DNA of 64,000 bases from Phoronis australis (taxonomy: Eukaryota; Animalia; Phoronida). The notes below the pieces were generated by a model that saw only the letters and a program-made list of their open reading frames with translations, had not been told where the DNA came from and made no database searches. The position numbers and the translations under genes were made by a program. The stretch covers positions 236,396 to 300,395 of the forward strand of contig NMRA01000368.1 in NCBI GenBank assembly GCA_002633005.1. Reading direction: 5' to 3'. The first letter of the stretch is position 1. Every line of letters starts with the position of its first letter. Below are positions 34,312 to 48,657 of the stretch, one piece after another.

Positions 34312-37300
34312 ATGAGGGTGAGTTCTTGGAACATTATTTTCTCAAAAAATATCTTGTGTAGTTTTTACTACTATTTTCTCAAATAATATCTTGTGTAGTT
34401 TTTACTACATGCCCATGGCATTAATCCTAGGTAGAGTTCCGTAACGTCGCTAGTACCATCCTAGAAAAGCTTGACGGAAGCAATTCAAATTCGTCAAACT
34501 CAGCACTGAGATTAGTTAAAACAGTTTGTGAGGAACACTGTGCAGTATACTAATTGTCATTAATCTTCATTTAATACTGATTCTTAGGTTAAGGTGATCA
34601 CTGATAGCATTTACAAGTACAGTGAGAGTAGCCGCAACATCAGCATCGACTTGGATGTACGCAGTGGAAGATGTGTTAGTTTTTGCTCAGATGGTGAGTT
34701 TAACATTACAACAAAATTAAAATTTCATTTCGCCCTAAGTCTGGCTAAAAATGAAAATCAAATTTGGAATGAAATTTAAATTTGCTCTTTTTAAGCTTAT
34801 AAAGGCACATATAACAATTATTTTATGCTAATTACCTCACCTTAGTACCACCTTATTTCTGAAATGTTTAAAAATCCGATCACGTTGTGTGATTACTATT
34901 GTTGAATTTGTCGTTCGATGTGAATTAAAATAACATTGTTGTTGAGTTTATTATTCTCATGTTTCATTACTTCTTCTTTGCAACAGGCTGTTGTATAAGT
35001 ATAAATATTATAAGTATAATTTCTATTTTATTAATATCTGTTATTATTTTAATCATTGATATTGCCATTTTATTAATATTATTGAAGTAAAAACCACATG
35101 ACACTTGAGTTGTTTAAAAATGATTTCTTTTTCATTGTTGCAGAGACTGACATCACGGGAAGAAATGACGCTGTCGTGCTTCATGCAGGGACAAATGACG
35201 TGGCCAAAAGACATCACCCCATGGCGACAGCAAGGGATCACGGCGCATGGATTGCCAAAACCAGGGAAATGTTTGATGGACCAATATTTGTGTCCTCTCT
35301 TTTACCACGACTGGATGAGTAAGTAGACGAATGTATCAAGTGGTTGTCCTACGAAATAACATCATTTTGTCACCTTTTTCACTGTTTTTGTGTTCACTTC
35401 GATGAAATGTCCCAATACTGTAATGGAAATTTCAGAGTATGAGTACATTATAAACACATCCAGTATCATACGTGAACTAGAATCAGAAAAATCCACTATT
35501 TAATCCAATTTAATTTGCTCTTTTATCAAACTGTTCGATCATGTTGTTATTCAAAGCAGTCTATTTGTTAATACTTGTCATATAAAGTGATTGCCCTCCT
35601 GAGACCGTTGGCTAATACAGCATTTATCCATTAATAATATATAATTATTTATTCATTTTACAGCTGACAGTCAGGTAATTTTATTTGTGACCTTGTTGTG
35701 TACTTTTCCTCACTGTGTGCCGTGGCTTTGCCTAAACCCTTGCTTTTCATTAACTTCTCATCGGGTGTGGGTGCCTGTTGTACATATAACGTGCAATAGC
35801 TCAATGCTACGTTCGTTTCACATATTCCTCGCTGAAGCTACTACAATGATATTCATTTTATGCTTCTTTTGCAGCATGAGCAAGCACTTGTACCTCACCA
35901 TATTTGTGATGCGTAACTTTTCTTATTGTCTGTGTTTCCTTAATAAGGGGCATTGTGGTAATTTTAAAAACTGTCATCATTGTATGGGTTATGTCTTTTT
36001 TGTGAGGGTATTGAATGAATTTGTGAATTTATAAATTGATGGTGTTAATCTGCTAGATCTTGTATCCTTATCCCATAAACATTATGTGATATTTCTTTAC
36101 ATTTTAAAAGGCAGGCAGCAGAAGCAGACAACTACAATAAGGGGTATCTGTAGCCGCTGATGAGGAGGATGCCACTAATGGACAACAAGATTTTCTACGT
36201 TGACTACACCACATGTTTTGACAGGCAGCGACTTCGGAGACTTTTGTCAAGGTATGTTTTTGTCAGTCATGGGACATTCCATGTAAGTCCTGTCTAGTTT
36301 CAGATGTCTTGTAAATGCTTTAAGCTCATCAGTCAAAATAATCATCAAAAGACTCAAACTAGTGCAAGGTGCAAATAAATCATCACATGCACTCACACCT
36401 TCTGTGTTGAGAGGTTTTGGTAAGCATCCTGTCTGCATATTATCTGTTGCTTCCTTGAAACATTGGTTTAGTAGTGATGTGTCAGCACCAGTTGAATTTT
36501 GGACATCTTGGAGTATCAAACCATCCCCATTTTAAATTTACAACACAGTATTCCTTGTCTGTGACCATTTCAAAATGACTTTATCTTAACTACTTTTCCG
36601 GATATTTTTGTTATTTGGTTTCAGAGACGACGGACTTCATCCATCGAGCGAGGGTAACCGGGTCCTTCATGAACACTTAAACTCTACTCTCGCTGCAACG
36701 TTGGACGACAGATACTTTATATGGACTAAAAGTGACTTTCCTGCACTTTCAGATGAGCAGTGCGTATCTGTATTTATACTCATTTAAATTTTTGAAATTT
36801 CCAAAAAATGCAACTAGAGGTAATGTAGTATTGTGTGTATTTGGTACCTTTTATGATTTTGCTGCATTTACTCCTAGTACCGGGCCCTTATGCCAAACAG
36901 GTGTTGGTTACCGAGATGCACTGCTGAGACTGCCACCAAAGACTGGTATGTACAGAATTGTGTTTCCAATCGTTTAAGCTCGAATTTTTGAGATTATATG
37001 TCGAGCTGTGCCTCAATTCAAAATTTGAGAAATAACTCAGAGGTTATTAAGTGTGTTTGAGCGTGCATGTGTGTGTGCTTGTGCTAGTGTTGGAGTAGGG
37101 GTTTGGTAGACACATATATAGCAAAATGAAAATGTTGGGCCTTTATCATGATATTATAGATCCACCTCTAGATTGCAGCACTGTGTAGCAATTATTTTCA
37201 CTTCAACATTTATCTATGATTGCGCGTACTGTACATTGCTCTGTGATAAATGTTATCCCAGATACGGCATTGACAGAGGCTCCAGTGCTGTCGGGACGTT

Positions 37301-38088
37301 ACCAACCTTCGAGGTACTTAACACTTATGGCATGCAAGTGGACAACTACTTCGACTTCCAGATACATAACCCTTTGTACAAGACTGTAATCTCATGCATG
37401 TAGTAGTCAAAGATTTAATGGATTGCTAAGTTCATTCACTACAGATTTACAATTGCAAGCCCTGACTTAGAGAATTAGTAAGCAAAATATCATAACGTAG
37501 TCGCTGGGACATGAAACACTGAATCTGTGATCTTTAGCATGCACAACAAGACGAGAAGACCAGACATACAACCAGTGAACAAGGTTGGGAAGGTGCGAAG
37601 AAATGGTATGAGGAGAAGGGTCTCAAAGGGAGAGTTTGATGGGCAGCTAGCATCATCCGCTGATTTTCTTATTATTATGTCCGATGGACGCTGGATTGGA
37701 GTGAGTGTCAGACTTTCAGAAATTATGTGGTTGCTTTTGCTTTATTGAGACTAAAACATGTTCAGTCATACATTTTGTTGCAAATATTGTAAGCTTCTGT
37801 TACACTGTAAACACTAAAATGATACAGAATTCATTATTTTGTACCAATGCTCATTGTTGCCCCTTTTGCCTCATATCCTTGATTTTTCAGAATGAAGCAG
37901 CATGTCAAGAAGGCAGAGACTTAGCTCAACCAGCGCAACCAGGACGTAATGTGACGGCAGCGACATTCTCCAAACAACAGACAGCTAAGAAGAGGCCATA
38001 TACTGACAGACCATCATGCCATATCAGCAGAGAACTCCACGGGAATGATCTCACAGCAATAGTTGCTCACATGAAGTCAACTCACTAC
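34312..38088 (+). pseudogene. Spliced SGNH/GDSL-type hydrolase gene with a premature stop. join(34312..34317,34588..34693,35144..35318,36111..36251,36625..36759,36878..36945,37262..37313,37538..37583,37891..38088)
   Basis: Phase-consistent GT-AG exons give MRVKVITDSI (block I Ser), VVLHAGTND (block III), VSSLLPR and DGLHP (block V); in-frame TAG at 36151-36153. Exons after 36759 are less certain. Confidence 0.75.
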
Positions 38089-38722
38089 GTAAACCTCACT
38101 TCAATACAGTATTTTATTTATGTAGGACCTTATTCAAAAATCTATATATTTAGCAATATAACTACTAAACTATAGATTACTAGAGTTATGACTATATCAA
38201 GTGGGTCAAAAATTCAAAACTTTAGCTTTAATTTTTCAGAAAATATGTTTTGGTCAATGGATATCATGAGTTGTTAATTGACATGCAGCCACAGTATATC
38301 GCGTTTCTTTTTAAAAAGACATTGTGTGCGAAGACCAGACCGAGAGGCTAGTTGCAATGTCATGTATGTCATGGCCTGTTGCCGACACATATTGTCGAGT
38401 TGTTGGTGAGTTGAATACCACTGATGCATATGTACAGGTTATCTCTATTACGCAAGACAAATCTCTTAATCAGGTTTTCTTTTTTGTGACTTTTCAAATG
38501 ATTGAAATGTATGTTGAAATGCATCAAACTTGATCTTCCTTATACATCCACGCGTGTTTGCGTATGTGTGGGTGCTATGTGCTGTTATCCTCACCCGTTC
38601 AATAACTGCATCACAACTAAACCTAGTCTACATTTCATTTTAAGGAGCAACGAGGTACCTCAGGCTGTTCACAGCCAAGAAGCAAGTCCGCTTTTCAGCA
38701 GAATCTAGAGTGTACATGACTG

Positions 38723-41584
38723 GTGGTGGTGGTAGGAGTGATGACACTGGTGATGCTGGTGACAGTGATGGTGGTAACCTTCGATAATTGCTGTGGTAGT
38801 AATGCACCTATTAAGTATACTAACAAATCGTATGAAGGTAAATGCATTTGCATTTATGATGATGATGATGAGGATGGTAGTTCACTTACCCCTTTTCTCA
38901 GTAGTATTAGTAAAAGGGAAGCTTTATCTCAAATAGCTTATCCAGTAGTGTTACCCACACACCGAATCACAGTATGCAATATAAATCAATTTAAAGAAGT
39001 CCAAACATGCAAATTTATGCCACGACAAACTGATATTAACAGCAGTTTTGACCTTTTGAACAAATATCCTACAATGAATGAAGTTAAACTAAGATTTGGT
39101 ACCTTCCACAAACGAGATCTTCAATACTTTGGCAACTTACATAACTGTAAGGTCATTTCACGCAAAGTAAATGCAGAAAAGTTGTGGTTTAGGAATGCAT
39201 ACACTATTATCGAGCAGTCAAATAATATGAGGGCTCCAATAAACAGAAAGAACATTGAGACATTTCAACGCCAATCATTGCAGGGCAAAGACATAGACCA
39301 GGTCATGAACCACCCTGACTTAATTGTGGCAGATGCTGTGGACCTGCTTTGTAAATATTGGTTAAATAAAATTTGCAGCTTTTTTGAATTTGGATCAGGC
39401 TAACACTTTGTGTAGCCTTTTTAATTTCCATTACGATTTGGATGTATTTAAGACCAAAGTACATTACCAGTGTGGTAGTGACCTTTCCCAAAGTAAGCTT
39501 ATATTTGTTGTACATGTAGGAATCAACAGTAACAAATCTACCTTTCTAAGTGGTGAGAATGGGGAGGCTGGTAACCACTGGGCGTTACTTGTATATTCGT
39601 TTAGAAATCAAACCTTAATTTATGCAGACACAAATGGATGGGCAATACAAAATGTTCTCTCAGAGAACTTTAATGTTTTAGTCCAAAGTTTGGGTGGGTC
39701 AATTGAGTTAACTCATTATGTACACAGTCCTAATAATACACAAATGCGAAGGAAAAAATCACACATTTGTTTGCAGACTTGTTCTCATACATATCCTATC
39801 CAAACATGTGGAACAGTGTGCGGTGTGGCTGCAACTGTTGGGATGGCACTTGCTGTCTGTAATTTTGACATCTTCACTAATTTAGCTTATGGTCAAATGG
39901 TCTCCTCACTGCACTATCTCAGAAACATAAGCAGTCATCCTTCGTTTTTGAGATTGGTTTTGATAGACTGGTTGGTTTCCAAAAAAGTTGACCATGAACA
40001 AATTAGGGTAAATGATAATGAAGTAGAGGAGAATCATGGCAATCAAACTTCGGGTCAAAATTATTCTCTATAGTCCCATAGTAGTCTTATACTTGAGACG
40101 GTAATTGCACAAACACCAGAAACTGCCAGCTCTGACATGTCTAAAATGACACACAATTTCACTTATCGGCTTACTGAACTTGATAAGGAGACTAGACATT
40201 CAAAACCAAATGGTGAACATGAACATCCTGTCGATATGAATCATCTGGCAAACAACACTGCTGAACAGAAAAAGAGTTGCATTGCAAAAAACAAACTCAA
40301 GTTAACAAAAAAACAACTGGCACCAAGTAGCCATAGTATAGGAAATGATGAGTCTGTATTTCCTCAAGTTAATTCTGACAATGTCAACAGTGACAAATAA
40401 CAATAATCACAATAATACCATCACCAACAGCAGCCCTGCTCTTACTAAGGACACCATAGATTTTTCTAGTATATTACCATTTGTTAATGGAAGGTCAAAA
40501 ATTTACGGAGATGGTGTTTTTTACAACTCTGTTTAGTCTTAAGGAGTGGTTCCAAAATTCAAAAGAAGTTTAAAAAGTCAAAGGAATGTTTCCGGACTTT
40601 ATTAACAGTTGCGAGTGTGCTTATTGGATTCATAACAAGCAAGACCAAAACAGTGCAAAATTGGTAAATAGAATTGAAAATGTAGATTTTTCTAATATTT
40701 CTTCTTTCATTTCCAATAAGACAAAGATTTACAGAGATGGTAATTTTATGCGACTCTTTTTAGTTTTAAACAATGGTGCACACCTTTCCAAGAGATTTGC
40801 TGGCTCTAATGGTGATACATACAGGACAATACAAAATTTCATCAACAGTAACGACTGCATTGATTGGATTAATGAAAATCAGCAACAGGTGGAAATAAGA
40901 GATGACATTATTGATGCCAGTTTGGTATCAACTTTTATTGCTTCACCGCCGTCACTCTCTTATGATCCATAGTCACACTTACCACAGATACATCTAAAAT
41001 TGTTGCTAAACAATGGCAAAATTTGCAGTCGGTATTTAACTTGCACAAACCAAGGATTGGATGATTGCAGCAGTGTGCAAAAGATTCAGGACTATGTTAA
41101 CAGCAGACATTGCCAGTATTGGTTGGCTTCAGCTTCAGCAGAATTTCAAAAAAATAGGTCACTACAGGTTCGCGTTGGTTCAGATGCACTAAATTACATT
41201 GAAGAACTTCCATTTTCTGTGAATCAGGAATTAGTTATTTCAGAGCCACTCTACACGTCTTAGGAGTACCTCAAAGGGACGTCATGTGTGTCAGTAACCA
41301 AGTATCCTAACTGGGGGAAAACAAATAGACTGGACCAAAAATTTATTTATACAGGGAACTCTGTAAACAAGAACATTATCCATTGGAACTTAACATGCAC
41401 TTCAAGCACAAATGGATGTAGAAGCAGGTATGGTGAACTTCTTTGTAACATCAGACAGAACATAACAGATGATAAATGTCCCATCTGTCACGCTGATTTA
41501 AGCAGTAACAAAGTGTGTGGCAACTGCAATAGAAAACATTCTAGCCAGTGTAGTCCAGTCATTCTACGGATAACCCGGGAATAA
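38723..41584 (+). pseudogene. Long frameshifted coding region: Ulp1/SENP (clan CE)-type cysteine protease, 3x ~70-aa repeat and Cys-rich region; probably continues the SGNH gene and is transposon-borne
   Basis: Chain of same-strand ORFs; NHWALLVY (His, 39576), LIYADTNG (Asp) and PIQTCGTVCGV (Gln 39801, Cys 39819); CPIC...CGNC near 41480-41530. Confidence 0.7.
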
Positions 41585-41614
41585 TTGCAACAGAAGGTTT
41601 TATTGCATAAATCG

Positions 41615-44600
41615 TATCCTCTCACATCCCTTAGTGTGAGAAAAAAGTCTGCCGGAATCGGAGTGGCGGAAGTTGGTTTTTCAAGATGGCGGAAAAAATG
41701 GCCGCCATATTTGCAATGACCATTATAACTCGAGAGTGAAATGTGGTAGAGTAAAAATTCAAAAAGGTTTACATATCTTTTGTGGGTCAACAACTCCATT
41801 GAAAATAATTTTGCATGGCTGCGGTGACACCGTCCGCCATTTTCCAAGATGGCCGCCAAAACTGCTTCGAGTTGCACAATTGGCATCAACAAATTAGTGC
41901 GTCGTCTTCATTTAAACATAGCCTCATAGGTTTTCTGGGTCGAATAATCCATTGAGACTTATTGCATTTGGCTCTAATGATAACTTTCGCTATTTTCCAA
42001 GATGGCCACCAAATAGTTGCTTGGTGTAATAACTTCAGATTCTAGAAACACGCCACCTTCACAGATTTCATATCCTGAGTTTCATAGGTCAACATGTCCA
42101 TTAAAATTATTTTTTTTGTCGTGCTCTGATTTATACGACTACCATTTTCAAGATTGTTAAACAAATAATAACTTATTTGGGTGAAAAGCATCAGGTTCGC
42201 CTGGACTGAAGGCTCAATGTCTGGAAAATATGTGCTGTATCGAAAATAATTATCTGCAATTAATTTAGTAATCTACTATCCACACCAATTAACCGTCTGT
42301 GTCACCTCCAGTTAGCTGTAAATATTAGTGAATACAGCAGCAGTTGAGACATGAGAACGGTTTAACAAGGTCTGTTTAGCAAATTAAACAGTTTATAAGC
42401 GCTTGTTCAGCTTCCACTAGGCTTCTGTCTAATGATGTTACATGTGCGTTCGAAGCAGTAATTCTCAGTCTGTGATCAAAATCTATACACAATCAACAAG
42501 TATTTACACAACTAATGTTTTTCAACTGAGAATGAATTGCTGCAGCTTATATGACTGTATTCTCCGCATGCAACCGAGCACGGCAATCCTAACTTCTTGC
42601 GAGTATATCTCTTGGAACTGCGGTTGGTCTTGCACGAGCATCTTGCTACTTTCAACAGGTTCTCTGGTGCTGTTGGCTGGTCCATCGTCGTGGGAATGAA
42701 TTTTCCACTTGCCAGCATCCATCCCCAATACAGCGAGTCTAGGCTATTGCCACGGAAACTTGACCACTCTTTTTCTTGATAATATGTCCCGGCAGAATGG
42801 AATTTAGCTACTGAAGAAAGTTGGTGGTAATGACTATTTTGACTGTGGCTAGTCTGACACCTCATCCACAAATCGCTTGTATCGCAAGCCATCTAAATTT
42901 CCAGAGCCAGTACCGCCATAAAGCATAGACAAAACTCTTCCCAGCTTCAAATATGTCTTGCTTCAGCTTCATGGGTCTTGTGGGTACTCCAGCGTTTTCG
43001 CAGAATTCTCAATCACACAGTTTCTTGAATGGGAGAGCCTTTGCTAATACCGAACAGGCGTAATGTTTTATTGCAACCACCTATTGCATGCGCAAATGGC
43101 AAAACTGTGCAAGTTTCGGCACCAAGAGACAACTGTAGTTTCTTGATGTCACAGACTCTCCTCTTGAGCATTGGAAATTGTTGTGAAGTAGCATGGTAAC
43201 GCAAAAGAGCCAACAAGTCTGTCAGTGTATCGTCTGCAATAAGGGTAGTTGGACCTTGTGCTGCATTCTCTACTGATGCTTCTACAATTAAAACCTCTGT
43301 ATCACCTTGAACTTTTACCACTGTGAAACCAGCATTTCCTAGCAAACTTGACAAAAAGTGAATGAATCATTGTTTGTTTTTGCTCTTTGCCAAAAATGTT
43401 CCTTCTTTGACTTGATCACCATGTCACCATTGAAGTGAACTTCAGTTCCAACCACCCCACCCAGTCTTCGAAAATGGGAGTCACCTTTAGTTGATGGTCC
43501 ATCTCAGTAACCATCAAAAACAACAGTAGGCTGGGTGCTCTTGCTGAAGTAATCCACATAAGGTCTACCAAACGACTGAAACGTTGCACCTCTAGGCCAT
43601 GGAATACGGTGATGGAGAGAACCCCCTTCGATGCATGCATAACCGTGTTGTCTGGAAATTGAAATCCTCAGGTAGTCCCCCACTGGACTAGAGCGCATCA
43701 GCTAATATTGCTTTATTTGCACCTGTGGGAAGACCAGATGTATCAAAAAAGAGCCGGGGAACCAACACACAGCTCAAACTTCAAAAGGCACGATGAACTT
43801 TCACTGTTGTCTTTTGCAGTTGTCAGGATTTGCTGAAATAGCAGTCGTGGATCCACTTCTGCAAAATTACTATTACCAACATGAACTGATTGACTTGTCA
43901 TTGTCACAACCTTGTCTTTCTTTCTGAATGTGAAGTCTTTCACACTTGACTCCTCCATAGTCAAGTGAATCGCCTTCCCCACTTCTTTGGCATTTTTGGC
44001 ATTGACGCGTGTGCCTGAAGTCACACCAGTGGCTATGTTCTGTAGTGTTTCTCTTTAAAATGGGTTTCTGTTGCGGAGGAATTCAACAAGGCTGAGGATG
44101 TCTTTGCCATCCCACGACTGTCTAGCCTGGGTACATTCTTTATGATGCTGGCAGCCACGGTGCACACTGCGCATCTCCCATTTTGGAACCTTTATTAAAC
44201 CTCCTGTTGCTTTAATACTTTTCATGAGCGTTTGTTCAATTACAAGATCATATGACAAGCCTGCCCAGAATCTGTCACTTTGTCTTAGGGCTTGTAATGG
44301 CCGTAGACGTCTGGGCGGGTGCCTTTGAGTTGCTGCATCTGCTGCAAGTGTATGTATGCAGATTTTGCATAAGAGTTGTGACCATGCAGCTGCAAAATAA
44401 GGCAGCATTTCAAAAATTGCTTTTAGGCGGAACTCCCAATCTGACGTTATTTCTGCTCTTAAGAAATTCAAAGGATGTCAAGCACCTTCATATACTGTTG
44501 TCAAAGACTGGTGATTCGACTTTGCGAGGACAAGTCTGATTTATGTGCTTCGACTTTTATGGATACCTACAAGACACTCCGACGAGCATACATCACCGCG

Positions 44601-45255
44601 CAAACGCCATGCCAGCAATAAGATCTGCAGCTTCAGACCAGCTCTCAAATCATCATCAAGTATATAATTGGCTTTCGACGAACTATCTTTTCTGTCACTG
44701 CGAATTCTGAAGACCTATACTCTGATTCAGTCGTGTTTGAGTTTACCAGTGGCCGTAGTTCAGAAGCCGGAAGTGAACTCTCGTGAGGGTATTCCACTGT
44801 TATCCAAGGTTTAGAATCGGAAGACACTCGCTGTGCATTGCATACCCAAGCGTACATGTATACATCTAGTTGTGTGATCATTTGGGATGTCTAAAGAATC
44901 TGTCTCCATATTCTGACGAGCCAACATTTGTGTACAGACATTGAATTGCTCCACCCCTTGGCACGGAATCTGTGTGCTCTGTGTTGCTGACATTCTGGAC
45001 TCCTAGAATTTTTGAAGAACCGGAACTTCTTTCTTCATTGGTTCTGGATTGGCGTAACTTAATCTGTCAATATTTGGAAGTGGGATGTTGAATGCCCTGG
45101 CTTTTATGATAGCATTCAGTGCTGAGTACCAATATACATGTATGCCCCCTCACTGCTCTGTCCACACTTTTTCCATTTAACATAAGGATCACACTGTTTG
45201 ATGCATGCACCGTCTCAAGAACTTCTTGAAGCCCTGTGCCTGACATTACAGTCAA
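41615..45255 (-). mobile_element. Degenerate Academ (AcademX-type) DNA transposon
   Basis: Minus-strand fragments in Academ order: MSGTGLQEVLETV..MLNGKSVDRAVRGH; FLRAE..MLPYFAAA; SDRFWAGLSYDLVIEQTLMKSIKATGGL; RNPF; DGG-like/VVFDGY XPG domain; HAIGGC; WGW..APENLLKVARCSCK..GLPCSVACG. The subterminal region has repeated aagatggccgcc. Confidence 0.88.
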
Positions 45256-46920
45256 GTGACCTAATTATCGGACTTTTTTTGGCACATTTTGCATTATATT
45301 TGATTGAAAATACTACGGATTGTTGTAAATCCTTTGCTGAAATAAAGACTTACCTTCACGGAATTGTTCTGTTACTATGTATTGTCACTGAAAGCCACAT
45401 TTACTTTCCGACTGATCTTTAAAAAAACACAACAAGCTAACCTTCGGAGAACCTAAATATCGGACACCATGTTTCACTATACGCCACACCGCGGAAAACG
45501 GACTAACCACGTAATGGCCGCGGGCACCTTGCAGCCAAATTTCAGCTCGAGCGTATTGACATACATGTATATGCTGCTAGAACACAGGTCCATTCGCAAC
45601 AAAATTATCCATAAAATGAAATCTGATGACGGCGCCAAGTCATTTCGATGAATTAGTGCAGACGACTAAAGCACGTGCAAACTCATTGCAGTTTTTAGTA
45701 TAACTTTGGCTTTTTGATATGACACCCGCACGTGCGCGGTAGGGGTTTGACTTGAGTTTAAAGTCCTACTCTCACGCGTTCTGAACCATTATTACATGGT
45801 TAGAGGATGTTATGAGAATCCAAGAAGTACTTACCCCATAACTATTACACAATCCGTGCTCGAAAAAAATTTAAATGAACGGGCCACTCACGATTCGCAC
45901 CCGAAGAGCCACCGCCATTCTGAACTTGCCGCAAACCCGGAAGTACAATTCATTCAGGAACCCAGGCCGAGAAAACGCCGTCAGTGCGACTGGAGCAGTG
46001 CCTGTACTGTTACCAGCCAGCAAACGGGGATAAAATAATCGACAGCGTGACTTAATTTTAATAAAATCAAACTACGGACAATTTTATCGAATTTTCTGAA
46101 GAAATCTGGTTTATTTAGAACTTGGGTACTTCTGGCGAACTGTGCAAAGTTGTTGGCTTTCAATATAAATTTTCCCAGACTTTGTATGAGCGCACCAAGC
46201 CTAAAAGAATGGGGGGCTGGAATTTTTGGGAATGTCCTTTTTTCTACTATAAGATTCAGTGGGTATGTTCAGAGCTATGAATTGCAGACTCTAAATTTTG
46301 GTACTTCCTGTCTTCTAGTGGAATATTGTCTCATTTTCTACTTTTTCGGAATTCGTGCTTCTGTGACTGAGGCAGACCTTTTTCCAGTTCTCCAAAAAGG
46401 GGGCTCGTTCGAGCACATAAGTATGACAAGTCCAATACAACATGTTATCATTTTTTATTCTTTAAGCCAAAATGATTCAAACTTTTAACATAATAAGTAA
46501 CTTAAAATGCACAATACTTTACAACATTTAGCATTACAAACACTATTCAACAGCAACAGTTTCCATGATATGAAAGTGGACATACATGTAACTATTAGCA
46601 TGGTGACGGAATAGTGTTTCCTTACACCAGAATTTGACAAGCATCATTTAAAAAATATGAAGTTGCAAGGAACAAGAATTAGAGGCTTGAAGCTTCTCAA
46701 TCCAACATAGCTTATTTCTCAAATTAAGATTATTCATATTGTTGACTTGATAACCTGAATTAAGAAGCAATAAGTTGCAAAACATGACTTGAAAGCAATT
46801 GAGACTTAAAATTTTTAAAAATATGAATCATTTTGTGACACCGAATCAAGTCTTGAACAGCAGTTGACAGTCAAACAAAAAAACCATTTCAAAATTATTT
46901 CAACTATTTTTAGCTTGGTG

Positions 46921-47325
46921 TAAGATCACCTGAATGGGAAATTTACAATAACATAATTCGAATATATCTTATATTTTTGCACAAAAAACACGAAAATTGA
47001 ACAAAGTTTCTTTTTTTAGCAACGTTTGTCAAAATGTATCAACGTTAAATCTTCACAAATCGCAAAGTAGCCGATTGAACATGCCTTTCAGTTCAGCAAA
47101 AGTCGCCATGTTGTCGGTGCCGCCAGAAATGAGACGAAGTCCAACGGAAATTGTGAGCACATTTATCACTTAATGAGTAACAACTGCGAGGCTGAAATTT
47201 GGTGAACACTGTTAAATCGTGCAGAATAGTAAGTAAAGAGATGTCTACCTAAATTTCACCGTAATTTGTTGGCGAAAACAATTTACACAAAGTTTTAAAC
47301 TCGTAACTTATCCCGCTGTCCTTTA
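46921..47325 (+). repeat. Dispersed repeat, copy 2, ending CCTTTAA (Kolobok-like non-autonomous terminus)
   Basis: Similar to 29840-30228; ends gctgtcctttaa. Confidence 0.7.
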
Positions 47326-48346
47326 ATATGGCCGACGCGATCCAAACAAAGTGACCCAAATTTCGCCACAAAACTTGCAATAACTTTACACTGCTTGACC
47401 CGATTTTGATACATTTTCGATTTTTACTGAGTAGAATGCACTGCCTTTCCGATGATAGCAAAGTACTTTTTCAATACGAGACAAAAATAAAACTGAAAAA
47501 ATTGGTTCGACCCATATTGGTTCCCAGGTTCGACCGGCCTACGTAAGGAACTAAACACCAATGCTATTTTAACATACTAAGTACGCGTAACATTCCAAAA
47601 AAATCAGCGACCACTAACTACAAACTATAAATACACTACATATGCAATCAAATCACGAGATATTACTAATAAAACAAAATAATGAAGACTTTTCGAGCAA
47701 GCCATAGCACATTCAGTTACAAGGAAAAAATGGCGGCGTTCAGGACAAGTTCCTGAACTGATGAGCCGGAAATGTGGTACGGAGATAACCGATGACAGCC
47801 GGTAATTATACGCTCACAGAGAAGGGTCAAATACTGTTAATCGCTTTTGGCAAGAAAGGCGAAAAGAATATAAAGAAAGGGTGTCGAAAATAAGATTTTA
47901 TGTAGTAAGTATTTTCGGATACTGGAACCACATGGGCAGTTTGAGAGAAGGACTTTAAAAACAAATGAAAAAATGGAACAGTGACATATTGTCAGTTCAA
48001 TGAGATGGTTTCATTGTGGAAAAGATTTTTTCAACTTTGATAACCGATTTATGCGATCGTCCATTTTAGGCGGACTTGGGGGTCTAAATTGCAACCTCTC
48101 TCGGTGAAATCAAAACCAGGCAACGCTGTAAAAAACGAGACGGTGCCGGACATTGAATGCATTACAACGGAACAAAAATTGGTGTCATTTAATTCGCAGA
48201 TTATGCTTCAAGTATGGTTTTGTGAAATGTCCGATATTTAGGTTCCGTCCGATAATTAGGTACACTATGTGTACGAATCCCATACATCCCAGAAAGCTCA
48301 TCTCAGTATGAAATCTGCCAAGCCTGACTAAGAACAAGTGACTGGG

Positions 48347-48657
48347 TCTACGGTCCAAGGTAGTATACAAAATTATCTGTGCTGGATGTGGCTCCAGTTA
48401 TATGGGCGAAACTATTCGCCATTTGAAAACCAGGACCAAGGAACATCTCATGAAATTCTGACAGAAATTCACATGTAAATATTCATCTACAGAGCTCCAG
48501 TCATTGTTATCAGCAGTGCTCTTTCAATGACTTTGCAATAATAGACCAGGCAGTAACAACAAAGGAGCTTAAAATTCGTGAGGCTTTACACATCAGTTGG
48601 TGCAAGCCCAATCTCAATGGGCAACTGACACACCACAGGTTGTCATTGTTGGTCTAG
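48347..48657 (+). mobile_element. Penelope-like element, GIY-YIG endonuclease 3' fragment
   Basis: LRSKVVYKIICAGCGSSYMGETIRHLKTRTKEH...KELKIREALHISWCKPNLN...LLV*, with a frameshift. Confidence 0.88.

Noticed and set aside
47739-47775. Hairpin followed by CTGATGA...GAAA as a type III hammerhead
   Set aside because: There is no room for stem II and no NUH site or stem III.
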